Source of the DNA: a virus
Lineage: Duplodnaviria; Caudoviricetes
DNA length: 64,000 nucleotides
Strand: one strand, 5' to 3'
IMG/VR virus record: IMGVR_UViG_3300026549_000063
Location: 1-64,000 of that record
The translations under genes were made by a program, and so were the position numbers. This document shows positions 20,290 through 33,000 of the stretch, in pieces. The number at the start of each line of letters is the position of its first letter. Position 1 is the stretch's first letter. The notes below the pieces were generated by a model. The model made no database searches and had not been told where the DNA came from. It was given only the letters and a program-made list of their open reading frames with translations.

Positions 20290-20529
20290 ATGAAAGTATT
20301 CGAAGCACTTTACCATATCGGCCATATGGTTGATGCCGGCATCAAGGGAACTTTTACTCTTGTTATCAGAGATAACAAAGAGAAGAAGACTCTCTTCGTG
20401 ATAGATACGGAGAAGCTTACCATCGCTACCGACAATAAGTACGATTGGGAGGCGGGCCAGGCTCTCGCCAGTGCCCTCGTGAGGGGTGACGCGGTCGTTG
20501 AGCTTGCTTGGAAGGGAACCGACCTGTAA
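20290..20529 (+). CDS. Small early hypothetical protein
   Basis: 79 aa, GGAGG RBS. Confidence 0.75.
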   Translation: MKVFEALYHIGHMVDAGIKGTFTLVIRDNKEKKTLFVIDTEKLTIATDNKYDWEAGQALASALVRGDAVVELAWKGTDL

Positions 20530-20617
20530 AGGTTAGAACCACTCAAGTAGCATAGTCTGATAAAACAGGGATTGAGCATTATTACTATAACGATGTAGTA
20601 AAGCAAAGGAGTAAACT

Positions 20618-20953
20618 ATGAGTACTAAATATGTTAAGCCCGATTGGAAGTTTCGTAATCTTGAAAGTATAGTAATGATTACGGCAGGCAACGTTGGTCG
20701 ACGTTGCTATGAACAGTTCCAGGAAGACTGGAGACTGGGTAAGAGAGAACTCGATGAGGACTATTCTGAGAAGGTCGCTCAGTTCTTGTACGATAGAGTC
20801 GTGGAAGACAGGGCCGTAGCCTACGCTGTTCGTGAAGTTAAGGACGTACCTGGCTTCAAGGAGTTTTGGGAAGAACTCACCGGAAGCCTGCTCACTTGGG
20901 CTGGTAAGACCCCCAGGGATTTCTGGAACAGAGTTGCAGAAGATAACCAGTAG
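20618..20953 (+). CDS. Small early hypothetical protein
   Basis: 111 aa, AAGGAG RBS; terminator AGAAGCAGTCGG-ataaa-CCGACTGCTTCT follows. Confidence 0.75.
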   Translation: MSTKYVKPDWKFRNLESIVMITAGNVGRRCYEQFQEDWRLGKRELDEDYSEKVAQFLYDRVVEDRAVAYAVREVKDVPGFKEFWEELTGSLLTWAGKTPRDFWNRVAEDNQ

Positions 20954-21011
20954 TTCAAATCTGTCTTAAGCGAAAGTGAGAAGCAGTCGGATAAACCGAC
21001 TGCTTCTTTTT

Positions 21012-23126
21012 TTACTCGAGAGGCCTATAGGTGCAGAAGAATAAAGTTATAGGTACAACTACACTGGCTCCGCCAGCTGATAGACCGAATATAAGCCCAC
21101 CACTTTCATCGACAATAGAAGCTGTAGACTGCATGAAAGTTGCTACTTCCTTATTAGCATCCTCAGAAAGTATAGGCAGTAAACTCATGGTATCGCCATC
21201 ATGATCTCCACCAAGGTGTCCTAACGTAGAAGGATGCACTGAAAGAGATTGTTTAGATACCGCTCCTATAACCGGATATGAGTTCATAACCATATATCTA
21301 TCTGGATTAGGTGCAAATGCATACTTAACTACACGACTCGGCTCAGTAGAAATTATGTGCCCCTTAACCGGATAAATATTGTACAGATTCAGTACAGGAT
21401 AACGAGTAACAGTAAAGTGTCTACCCATAGCTGCTTTGAAGCAAGCTATATACAGTAACTCGATATAGGTCATAGGTCTGACCTTAGACGGATCAAAGAT
21501 AATACTATTATAAAACTCAAGCTTACGCTTATCTTTAAGTCTACCGCCTTTAGCCTGTATAGCTCTGTACCGTGCAGCCATGACATCGGGGGTTATATAG
21601 TTATGCGAACCTATGAGCATCGACTGTTCTTTCTTAAACTTTTCCCAATCAGCATCGTTCTTAATACCGTAGCAATTATTCTTCATGTGGATTTCAACAT
21701 CATCCACCAAAATTTCATAATCACCGAATTCGTCAGGCTGAACATTTTGATTTTTAACTATCTCAAGAAAATGCTGATACATCTCAGGCTTCATGATAAC
21801 ATCAAGATCCTGAGGGTTGATATCCATACCGTGAGCTCTTAATGCGCCAGTACCTTCGATAACGTAATTCTCTGCCGGATAATCATCAAGTACATGAACG
21901 TACGGATTGTCATCACGATATCTATCAGAACGAGCCAGCATCTGTTTGAAGTCATCGATATCTTTGAACTGATAAATGGTATCTCCTGTATCATAAACCA
22001 TAAACAGATAATAGTTATCTGTAGTAGGAGAACCATCTGGGCCTCTGACTGGTTTAATAGATACAGGCTCAAAATGCATGGTGTTATCACGGAAGTCATT
22101 GATGATATCGTTTATTCCATCAGCAGTAGTAAATCTAGCTATGGTTCTATCATCTACTTCTACGTATTCACGTTTAAGTGTTTTAGAGTTAATAAGAGCA
22201 ACAGTATTACTCTGCCCTGCACCAAATGTACCTACAAAGAGCTGAGTAGTCATGACATTTACTATCACAGGAACCAGCGCTTTTAATCCTTCAAATAAAG
22301 GTATCAAAGCTTCATCGATACTAAATACATTAGGAGAATCTGGTGACTTAGTTGCAGTTAATAGAGGAGAAGTAATAACGTTACGTGAACCGTAAACAAT
22401 ATCTCTTGCAGCATATTTACCCTGAGCAAATCCATGCTTGTCATCTATCATGTTTCTGATGTATTCATAGATTTCCTGCAGTTTATTCTGCATCTGGTAA
22501 CGTATAGGATCAAAGATAGGATCATCTGTTCCATTGTCAGGAAGAGATTTTGTTAACGACAATAAGTTAAGGTACAGTTTATTTATTTTTTCAGATTCAG
22601 GCCTACCGTTATGAATTCTAACATCTCTTAATGCAGCTGGAAGAATAATAAACTTGGTAATGAACAAACGATCTTTATACTTGTTTATTAGTTCTATTTT
22701 GTCATTACGCTGAGCTGATTCAGTTCTAGCAAAATTTATCTCTAACAGATGAGATATAAAGAATTGATATCCTGTATCTGAATTAGGATCATCTCTAGTG
22801 GTTCTAACGAAATCTTTAGTAGCAGGATCAAAATAAGCATACTGCTTACCGGCAGCTATATCTTGATAAAACCCTTTAAGAGTCAATATCTGTCGATAGA
22901 GATGTGGGGATACCAACGTAGTACGTAAATACACAAAACCACGCCGTATCAGTCGTTCTCTAGATCCTAACTGTCCAAATATAACTTCGGAGTATAAGCC
23001 ATCCGGATGAAATCTCTCAGTGGAGGACTCGTACATTGCATGAGATGTCACAGGTAAGCACTGCTTACGTTCAACGTATTCATCCGGATTGATCATTGTT
23101 ATGTTAAATGGTGCTAGCTTAGCCAT
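21012..23126 (-). CDS. Virion RNA polymerase beta-prime catalytic subunit (phiKZ gp180-like) with inserted nucleotidyltransferase-like domain
   Basis: FHPDGLYSEVIFG, ILPAALRD, GSRNVIT, VTRYPVL and catalytic GGDHDGD; divergent from the gp181-like gene. Likely start MAKLAPF at 23126 (GGGAG RBS). Confidence 0.88.
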   Translation of the reverse strand: MAKLAPFNITMINPDEYVERKQCLPVTSHAMYESSTERFHPDGLYSEVIFGQLGSRERLIRRGFVYLRTTLVSPHLYRQILTLKGFYQDIAAGKQYAYFDPATKDFVRTTRDDPNSDTGYQFFISHLLEINFARTESAQRNDKIELINKYKDRLFITKFIILPAALRDVRIHNGRPESEKINKLYLNLLSLTKSLPDNGTDDPIFDPIRYQMQNKLQEIYEYIRNMIDDKHGFAQGKYAARDIVYGSRNVITSPLLTATKSPDSPNVFSIDEALIPLFEGLKALVPVIVNVMTTQLFVGTFGAGQSNTVALINSKTLKREYVEVDDRTIARFTTADGINDIINDFRDNTMHFEPVSIKPVRGPDGSPTTDNYYLFMVYDTGDTIYQFKDIDDFKQMLARSDRYRDDNPYVHVLDDYPAENYVIEGTGALRAHGMDINPQDLDVIMKPEMYQHFLEIVKNQNVQPDEFGDYEILVDDVEIHMKNNCYGIKNDADWEKFKKEQSMLIGSHNYITPDVMAARYRAIQAKGGRLKDKRKLEFYNSIIFDPSKVRPMTYIELLYIACFKAAMGRHFTVTRYPVLNLYNIYPVKGHIISTEPSRVVKYAFAPNPDRYMVMNSYPVIGAVSKQSLSVHPSTLGHLGGDHDGDTMSLLPILSEDANKEVATFMQSTASIVDESGGLIFGLSAGGASVVVPITLFFCTYRPLE

Positions 23127-23247
23127 GTGCAGCTCCCAAATAAGAAAAATATTTCGATGATTTATATCATATACAAATGATACAATGTGCGCCATTCGAT
23201 GACGCACCGTTGTAGGTCTTTAGACAAGTTTTGTTTAGGTAGAAATT

Positions 23248-24066
23248 ATGAGCGCATATTCTGATTTTCTGGATAAACACGATGATCTTATCACTAAGGT
23301 TAATGACGCTATCATGTATAGCAAATTTCACGCTATTAAAGAAGTGTACATAGATTTAGCCCTACTGAAAGATACCAGATTGGGGCTTATACTAGCTACC
23401 GATAAAGAAGCATTACCGTATATAAAAGCCAATCTGGATAGATACCAGATGAGACCCAATCGTAGTTTTACCTTTGCTTTCCCTAAACTAAAATATAAAG
23501 AAAGCGAATACCAGAAAATGTATAAAGATGCCAAATACAGCAGAGACATCTTTAATTGCAGTCCCGATACTTCACTATCCGGGATGATTAAACGTATCTT
23601 CATTATGCTGTATGACAACAATACCCGTGTCAGATATTTTGATAAAATACATGTTACTGTCAACACATATCCCTTACAACAGAACGACTTAACTAAGACT
23701 TACTGCAATATCTTAAACAATATTTCGGATGGCAGAGCTGTAGTAGAATTTATCACCACTGATCCGCGTACCATAAATGAAGATAAATGGAGATCTATGG
23801 ATCTAATGTTTATCGATAACATCAACTATACCTGCGATGTTAAAGGCACTTTGTATAAACCGTTAATAGAAGAAGCTTCTATGCCTTTAACTCAAATCTA
23901 TGCACCGTATAGCTGCGAAGACAGTATGCTTCATCAGTGGCAAAGATACAACGTAGATTTTACCGACAAAGAGACTATGAAGTTACTATTTCAGACTACT
24001 GAACTAGTAATGAACACTCTCTGTCATTTCCTATTTGCATCGTTTGACGTTGCTACCGATAAGTAG
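23248..24066 (+). CDS. Conserved jumbo-phage hypothetical protein between vRNAP and tail protein
   Basis: 272 aa; TTTATATCAT promoter-like motif at 23161 and a hairpin upstream. Confidence 0.65.
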   Translation: MSAYSDFLDKHDDLITKVNDAIMYSKFHAIKEVYIDLALLKDTRLGLILATDKEALPYIKANLDRYQMRPNRSFTFAFPKLKYKESEYQKMYKDAKYSRDIFNCSPDTSLSGMIKRIFIMLYDNNTRVRYFDKIHVTVNTYPLQQNDLTKTYCNILNNISDGRAVVEFITTDPRTINEDKWRSMDLMFIDNINYTCDVKGTLYKPLIEEASMPLTQIYAPYSCEDSMLHQWQRYNVDFTDKETMKLLFQTTELVMNTLCHFLFASFDVATDK

Positions 24067-24080
24067 GAGGATTATTCATT

Positions 24081-27000
24081 ATGAGTTTCTTTGATAAAAA
24101 GAGTAAAGACCCGACTTCGAAGGATGCGAAACACGAATTTGACAGAGACAATCTGGATTCGGAACTCGACGACCTTCTAAACGACAACTTTGATTATCAG
24201 TCCGATGAAGATATAGTCGATCCAGATAAACGACATCCGATAATCAAAAAGCTAAGAGATGTGGGTATAGATGTCGATGCTATCAAGAGTAATGCTCTTG
24301 AAGGTGCCGGCGAAGGTATCAAAAACGCTATCGATAAATCTATGCCTAATGTATCGAGAACCTGGGAAGGAGGACAGAATTTACTATCAGAACTCGATAC
24401 TCTCAAAACTGAATCACTAGATAAAATTATTCCTGCCTATAACGCAACTATGCGTAGTGCCAAGAGAATGGCAACTAGTTTAGCAGGAAGATTACCGTTC
24501 AAACTCGATAAGAAAATAGCTGCACTTATCGATAAAATACACGAACCTGATGAAGGCGGTTACGAGCCTAAAAGTAAAGATCAGATAAGAGAAGAAAGCC
24601 AGAAGAACGCCATGGCCGCAATCTTCCAGGCTGAACAGCAGGAACGTGTAGAAGATAAGCGTGAAGCCACTATAGAAAAAACCTTTGATAGACGTGTCGG
24701 TCAGATACACCATCAGGAAACCGCTAGTATTCTTAACGTCATTCGTAATCAAAGTGTTTTTCAGACAGCATTTACTCGTGGTACATTTACTGCTTACCTT
24801 AAGAAAGATCTAGAACTTAAATACAAACAGTTATATGCAACTCAAGATTTACTTGAATCGCATAAACTGATGGTTAAATCTTTCCAGGAGCGTCTTGATG
24901 CTATTCGCAAGAATACTGCGCTTCCTGACGTCGATAAGATAACCTCAACCGAACTAATCAAAAAGAAAGTCAAAGAAGGTCTACTTAACACAGTAGGCAA
25001 TAAACTCGGTTCATATTTCGGCGATATGCGTAAGAACATCATGGAGCAGTATGTAAAGCCATTCATCAGTCAGATGGAAATGGGTACAACCGCGATGGAT
25101 ATGCTCGGCGGAAATATGGACATGATGCTCGGCAAAGCCCCAGAGGAATTTCAATGGAGCGATGTGGGCAGAATGGGCTTGAACTTTGGTGTTAAGAAAG
25201 TATTTAGCGGGTTTACTAAGCAGCTCACTAACAAAATGCTGGATAGCCTAGATCCTGCTACCAGAGCAAAAGTAGAAGGTTATCTCTCGCTTGGCGAAAA
25301 CGGCATCAAACTACTAATTAACGATTACGCAGCTGGCAGAATAGGTGATCCGGACAAACTGTCAGGACTCAAAGATTTCTTAGCTAATATTACTCCTGAT
25401 CTTCGTCAGTCTGATGAAATATCTACTTCTAATTATGCAGATTTAGATAAAGGTGGTAAACTATCTAATCGTACAATTTTAACCATCGAGAAAATTATCC
25501 CTGCATACCTAAGGTCACAGACTAAATATCTCGAAATATTAGCTACTGGCAACACTAATGCAGAAGAACAAGTTTGGGATTTTAAGAAGAATCAATTAAC
25601 TACCACCTCCGCATATGTCGAAAGCGTACAAAAAGAATTAGCTGGTTCCAGAAATACACTTCTGTACGAACGCCAAGGAAACCTAAACTCCGCCAGAGAT
25701 CTTCTTGAAACAAATTTCAAGAAACAAAACGCAGCTTTGTACAAAGAAATGGATAAACAGTTAGCCAACTATGCCGACGGTATAACTGCTGTCATGGGTG
25801 GCATGGCTGCCAGCAACTACGCAATCGATCATGGCGGAGACGAAATACTTCTTGACTTCCAAAGAATTAAATCCAGCCTAGAAGCTGAAAATACTGATTA
25901 CGAAGATAACGCTTTATTCAAAGCAGCCTACGGAAATGTAAAACCAGACAAGGTACTGAATGTAACTGAATGGTTCATCAAATTGCTGACAGATCCTAAA
26001 ACCAATGAACTTAATAAAGGTATGGCTCTTCAGCTCAGAAATAAGATAAATGAGATTTCAATAAACAGTACCAATCGTGAAGCTAATGTCATGTTGGCTA
26101 CCATGGCTGATCAAGACGCTAGCATCTCTAAGAAAGTCAATGTAACTCACACAGATAAATATGGCCGCACTTATATCGATCGTAATAAAGTAAACAATTT
26201 ACGTGAACAATATAACGGTAGTTTAACCGCTAAAGAAATTGCTGGATCGACACTTAATACAAAAGCACAAATGCGGCGGGAAGCTTACAACAGAATGAGT
26301 GCAGCCGATCAGGCTAAAGAAGATCGTGCAATAAGAAGAGTTGAAAACTTCCTATATACAGACGAGGGTAAAGAAGCTCTTAAGAAATTCCTGACTGAGG
26401 ATAGAGCAGGCAAAAAGATATTCAAGGAATACCAGCGTAATAATCCTGGCAAAACAGTAGATGAAGCCATAAAAGATAACGATCCTGATCTTCTTAACGA
26501 AGTTAAATATGCGCCTGGCATGCGAGCTAAAGCTGCTGGTAAAGCTGGATCGTTCTTTGAAATGATCGGTAAATTCTTTGGTGCTGAAGGTCTTGAAAAT
26601 ATTGGTGCTGCGGCTGCTGACAAAGCGTATGACGTAGCTATGAGCAATGCGCTTAAAGTTATCAACAAATTCGGTAAATCTCTTGGCGATATTCGTTCGG
26701 TATTTGTAGATGAGAATGGACATGTCCGAAAACTTGATAACATCGACGAAACCGTAATCACTAACTGGCTTATGTCCGTACCGGATAAGGTTAAGTTTTT
26801 ACAGTTAGTTGAATCTAATAGAGAGCTACAGATAGTAATAGATCAAATGCCCGATTTTGCCTGGGAAGCTATTAACTACCTCAAAGCTAACCCGGATGAA
26901 TTCGATAATCTTTCGTCTGATGAAGCAGGCATAGACAAATTATCTAACAACATAGAAAATTTCGAAAATAATGAACAAAATAAGATCGCTCAAGATTTTA

Positions 27001-30000
27001 CTCAAACTACTAAATCAAAGTCTTTAAGAAATCTTAATAGATCTTACAGAAAAGCCAATGTTCGTGCTCCTAAAGGTCCTAAACCTTCAGGCAGAAATGG
27101 TAATACTCAGCCTAATGGCGGTCTTAATACTGCTGCGTTTAATAATCTGGTTACACTTACTCAGACTCAGAACGCAACTGTAGACTTCATCAAGAGTGAT
27201 GTATCTAAGATAGCAGCTCTACTAGATCAGCACTTCGGAGGAAATGGTGGAGCTGGTAATACTCAGCCTAATGGTAATGGTCCTAACGGCCCTAGTGGTT
27301 CTCCTACTCCTACGTCTATCGATCTTAGTACCTTAAGTGGTTCGCTTAATATCGATAACGTAGATATGCGTACTGGTATCGGAAATCTCGATAAGAGTGT
27401 TTCTAAGATGCTAGACTTCATGAAGCACAATACCGATACTTTAGATAACCTTTATAAAACTGCCGAAAAGATTACTACTGAGCACAAGAAATCTTCCAGA
27501 GAACGTGGTAGATCTAACAACAAAGCTATGCTGTCTGTAGTAAAAGCTATAGCGGCTGATGTTGTTGAGATCAAAGAAAATACTGGCAAGTCAGCAAATG
27601 ATATAGCAAGTATCCGTACTAACACAGATCCAACTGAAGCTGCTGCGCAGGATAAAAAGAAAAAGAAAGGACTGTTTAATACTATCTTCGTTCAGCCTCT
27701 TGCGGCTGCTATCAAAGGCAGTGTAGCTGGATTGTCTTTTGCTCTTAACAACGCTACTTCGATGATCTATACTCTATTCACCGGTAAGAAACTTAAAAAA
27801 GGTTTCGGTGATTTTGGTAGTAAGCTAGGTAGTGCTGGACACGGTATTGTTGATCTTGGCGGAAGTGCGATTTCATCTGTTATTAAATTCATCAAGGACA
27901 TCCATCCATTTGAGAAAGTAACTAAAGTTGCATCCACTGCGTTTAATGCTGCAGCTGGGCAAGTAGCTCAAACATATTCTGGTTTAACTAGAGCCTACGA
28001 CGATGTCTATAGTTCTCGTCAGCAAGATAAGTCTAAACCGCTTGTTTCTGGCGAAGCATTTCGCGATGGACTAGTTGTAGATGCTAAAGGACACAAAGTA
28101 AGAACTGTTTACGATATCAAAGGCCCCTGCTATCAATGGGATAAAGAAAACAACCGTATCGGCAATATGCTCATTTCTTCTGAAGATATCACTGAAGGAG
28201 AAGGACTAATATTTGCTGATGGTAAACCAATTAAATCATCCTTCTTATCTAGGTTTGCTTCTAAGGTTCGTAGAGTTGGAACTATAGCAACTGATGCTAT
28301 TTTTAGTTTACCTGGGCTAGTAGGTGGAGCTCTCAAAAAGGCTATGAAGCTCACTAGCTGGTTATTCACAAAAAGAGACCCGTTCATTGATGTTTACATC
28401 ATTGATAAAGATACTGCTGAATTTAAGAAAGTAATTAACGGAAAAGATCTTGTAAATAACAAGACTACTAGAAAGTATGTAGTTAAAGGATTTGGTCCAG
28501 GTGATTGGGTCCCTGTTAAATCTGCATATGGCATCGAGAAAGAAGTTTATGAATTTAAGGATGGTAGCTATCAGGTTATCATTGACGATGACGATTTGAA
28601 AAACGGTTTGTACGATGCAAACGGTAATAGGCTAACTAAGTGGCGAGGAGCATCAATAGCCGGCAAAGCTGCACAGGTTGCTGGTAAAGCCATGCGAATA
28701 GCCGGATCTCTGGCACTTAAAGGCGTCAAGCTTGCAGGTAAAGCTATCAAAGGCGCAGCTGGAAAAGTTATGAAACTGTTCCGTGGTGGATTACATGTAT
28801 TAGGTGAAAGCGGAACTGCTGTAGGCAAGTTCATCACCTCGGCCTTCTCCTCGGTCGTTTCCACATTGACAGGATTCGGTATAACCAGGAATGACCTTAT
28901 CGACATCATTGGCGATAGGTTAATAGACATCTACGAATTACTAGACGCACGTATGCCAGGTGGTTCCGTTGCAGGCGATAACGACGGTAGCGGCTATCGT
29001 GACGGATCATATCGCGATTACCAAAAACGTAAAGAAGAAGAAAGGAAGAAGCGTAAACAGAAACAAGAAGAACAGGAAAAGAAAAAGAATAAAGATAAGG
29101 CTGAAATGGCAGCTGACGGCGAACCCAATGATGGTCCTGAAGAAGCCGATGAGAATAACTCATCTGGGGAAGGCGGGAGCAGCATTTGGGATTGGATGAT
29201 GGCAGCTTCCGGTATCAGCGCACTTAAAGACACCGCCGGTGGATGGTGGGAAAAGAAAAAACAGAATGGATTAAGACGTGCCCGAATAGCCAGACGCAGA
29301 GCGGGTAGAAGACTCAGAAGCATGGGTCGAGCTGCAGGTCGTGGCATTCGCGGCGGAGCCCGCATGATGGGCCGTGCAGCTGGCACTATGCTCGGTGGTG
29401 TAGGCAGAGCTGCCGGAGCAGTACTAGGCGGAGCCGGAAGAGCAGCTGGAACTGTATTAGGAGCTGGAGCAAGAGGAGTTCTTGGTTTAGCCGGTGGAGC
29501 ACTTAGACTAGGCGGCGGACTACTTGGACTTACTGGGCGCGTTGCAGCTGGATTACTTAGCGGTCCTATAGGCTGGGCACTTACTTTAGGTACAGTTGGA
29601 TACTACACTTATAAATTAGCATCTGACAGCGGTACTACTAAGCTATTCCGTATACCGAGAGCTAAAGCTTATGGTTTAACGACCAAACAGTGGGAAGCTT
29701 TCGAAGACCTTGAAACCGATACTTATAACGCCTGGAAGAATGGCCAAGAAGGCGTTGATAACGATCGTCTTGAACAATTTGGTGAAAAGATAGATTTCAT
29801 TGGCGGAATGGGTTACTTCGATGCCGGGGATGACGATAGCGAAGCAAATAAAATTGAGTTCTTAACTCAATGGTACCGTGCGAGATTTTTACCTGCTTAT
29901 AAAGACTATGTAAAGATTATTTGCCAGGTAACAAACAATGATGGAAAGAAACAGCCTAAAGCTGACGATGTCGATGCATCCAAAGCTTATGCTGTTAAAC

Positions 30001-33000
30001 AGGCTCTTGACAAAGCTTTAGAGAAATATGCAAGCGGTCCTGCCAGCAAGCTTGTTCCTAATAAGCAATGCTTTATTAAGTGGTTGGCAGACAGACGTAA
30101 AGATGCAAAATTTAGAGAGAAAGAAGAACAACGCAACCGTAACAAAGAATTCAGTAAATCTAACTTTAGCCGTGCAGGAAAAGATTTTAGTTACAGCTGG
30201 AACGAACTGAAGCACGGCAACTTACTGAACGCAACTTATGCATTTGGTAAAGGTATAAGAGATTCTATATTTGGGCTATTCGGATCTATTGCCGATATGG
30301 CTAAAGACTTCTACTCTGAAGATGTTAGTTCCTACGATCAAGCTTGGCGTGAAGCTAAGTTAGTAGCATACAACTTCAAGAAGAAAGAAGCAGCTATAAA
30401 TAGAAATAAAGAAGTTGGTATCCCCTTTGGCCCCATTGGTATCGCCTTTGACCTCACCCGGAGTCTTGTGACAGGAATAACCACTACTGATAAGATAGAA
30501 TTCCTGGATAACCTTGAAGATAAAGCCAGACCTATCGTCGACCAGGAACGTCCTGATCTTGATAGAACTGAGTTAACTGAACTTGCAGATGAACTCATTC
30601 CAGATGAAGAGATAAAAGCTAGTGCTAAGAAATTCGGAGGAAATACTAAAGAAGTTGAAGATGCTAAGGTAGACTACATCTCAACTTGGTGGAATAGAAT
30701 CTTTATGCCTATCTTCACCATGTACCTTAGGGCTCTTCGTGCTGTTACTAAAACTGATATTGGTGATAAGCCTCACCTTAACAGTGTTCCTAAGGAAATC
30801 AGAGCACAGACTATCGATGCATTTAAGAAGGGGGCATCTGACTACAAGAGTAAGAATAAGCTATTCGATCTCATTCCTACTGCTAAAGGTTATGCTGAAT
30901 GGTACATGGCTATCGATAAGACTGCTATAGATTCAGCTACTACAGTAAGAAGATCTAAGAGCGTTGGAGAAAAAGTAACTGAAGCATTCCAGGGAACTGG
31001 GCATCAGTTCGGTGAAGCTTGGGATAAACTTTGGGAGGGAGATTTCAAAGGATCCTGGCGTTCACTCACTAAGGGAACTAAGAAACTACTTACAGGTATC
31101 GGGAAATCTATCACGGGTATTGGCGAATCTATCGGAGATTACTTCTACGGTAGAGGAAGTAATACTGTCGAGAAGAACTCATGGCGCGAATTAAGGTATA
31201 AGTACTACAACTATCCTAATGCTACTATTGGCGTAGAAGATCCCACAACTAAAGCTAGACTAGCTGCTATCGAGGAACTCGAAAAGAAAGCTTTAGCTAC
31301 CGTTGAGGAAGGCGAAGATGCTGCCAACAACCTAATCAATACTGGGCTAGACGACAAAGTACTTGAGAAATTCGGTATTACTATCGGATTCATCAGACCT
31401 AAAAAAGGAATTGCTAACTCGAGAGGAAGACGGGGTAATGTACGTGCACAGGTAGATTACAGCGATAAGGACAACAAATGGGCTAAAGACTTTATCAGAT
31501 ACTGGGTAGAGCATGTATTCTTACCAGTATATAAGGACTACGTAACCATAGTCAGTATATACACCGAAAGAGAACCTGGTGATAATGTCAACCCTGATGA
31601 TATCAAGAAAGAAGAACGCGAAGAGGCAATGGAGTACTTTAAGAAAGCTGCATCGCCTAAAGCCGCTAAGTACAAAGATTACCCGATGAGTAGCAAAGGC
31701 TACGTTAAGTTCATCAAAGAACTCTTAGCCTATGAGAAAGCTACAGCCGAAGGTAAGGGCAATGCTCCTGTAACTTCAGCAGTTTCAGCTACTCTTGCTG
31801 CAAATAGCGAAAAAAATAAGAATGAGGTAACTAACAGGATAAATAGCGTTACAACTGGTATGGGTAAAGATGGTGATAAAGGCGTAGCAGAAGCTACTAC
31901 TAAAGCAGCGTCCACACTCGATCAGGATATCGCTATAGTAACCAGATCTTCCGGATCTAACCCGAAATCCATGGCTGCTTATCTTGGTGTTCCTGATGCT
32001 GAAGATAAGAAGATTCCTGCTAAATGGAAAAATATCTTAACCGCTGGTTCTATCAAGACTCAATTCTTCCAGGCAAGATTAAGATCTTACTCTAACGTTC
32101 TCGGTACTCCTCCCGGAGTATATCTAGGCGATACCTTTAAGGATAACCTTGAAGGAAAATGGTTCAGAGCTTTCCGTGATTTATTCGACAAAGTTACTTC
32201 TGGCCGTAATGCTCAGGATTCTCTTGAAAAGAGTCTATTTGACTATCAGAACAACGGTGCTAGCTCAACCTTCGCTGAGAACGTAAGCAAACTGGCAGCA
32301 TTCACCTTCTTCCAGCTTGGTAACCCTGATGCAGTAAGAATAGCTGCTTCTAAATGGGAACATCCTAGTTGGATGGATCCTGATGGAAATAGAACTAATC
32401 CGGATATCAGTAAAAATATCGATGATTGCATTCAGTATATTAACAATGACCTCAAGAAAATGGGAAGAAAAACTGAGGATGACGTTGCTGTTGCTGACTG
32501 GCTTGAAAGTGTTGTTGACAAACTTAACAAATGGGCTAACATTGTTAGAGAGTGGGTATCCTGGGTTATCAATCCAGTATTTGCGTACTACACTTCTTTC
32601 GTCAATAAGCTAACTGGCCATGATGATACAGTAATGCCCGATCCTACTGCTATCCCTGCAGCGCAGCGTAGAAATGCTTTAATCATGTTCCTTACCAGAG
32701 CCGAGAAAATTTGCTCCAGCGCATCTCGCCCTTATTTACGCGATTTCAACTTAGGAACCGGGTTGTTCAATATTCCTGTAGCGCAAATCATGGAAGCGTA
32801 CGATAAGTTCACTGCCAAAGATAACACTGCGAATAATATCGGAACTAAGGGTTCTATTAAACGCAACGGTGCTCCTGGATCTGATAAGAACACCAATAAA
32901 GATAACGATAAGAGTAAAGATAACGCAGCTGAACCTGCTAACAACGAAGGAGCTGCTGGTAAGAGTGGTAGTACTCAATCCGGTACACAATCTCCTAACG

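Noticed and set aside
21500-21930. RNAP insertion as an intein or intron
   Set aside because: No Cys/Ser/Ala...HN|C/S/T termini, no homing endonuclease motif, and the frame is uninterrupted.
27099-27276. Two copies of GGTAATACTCAGCCTAATGG (GNTQPNG)
   Set aside because: Short duplication within a disordered linker; no sign of a separate function.
29320-29590. GRAAG / Gly-Ala-Leu repeats
   Set aside because: Ordinary tape-measure helical repeats.
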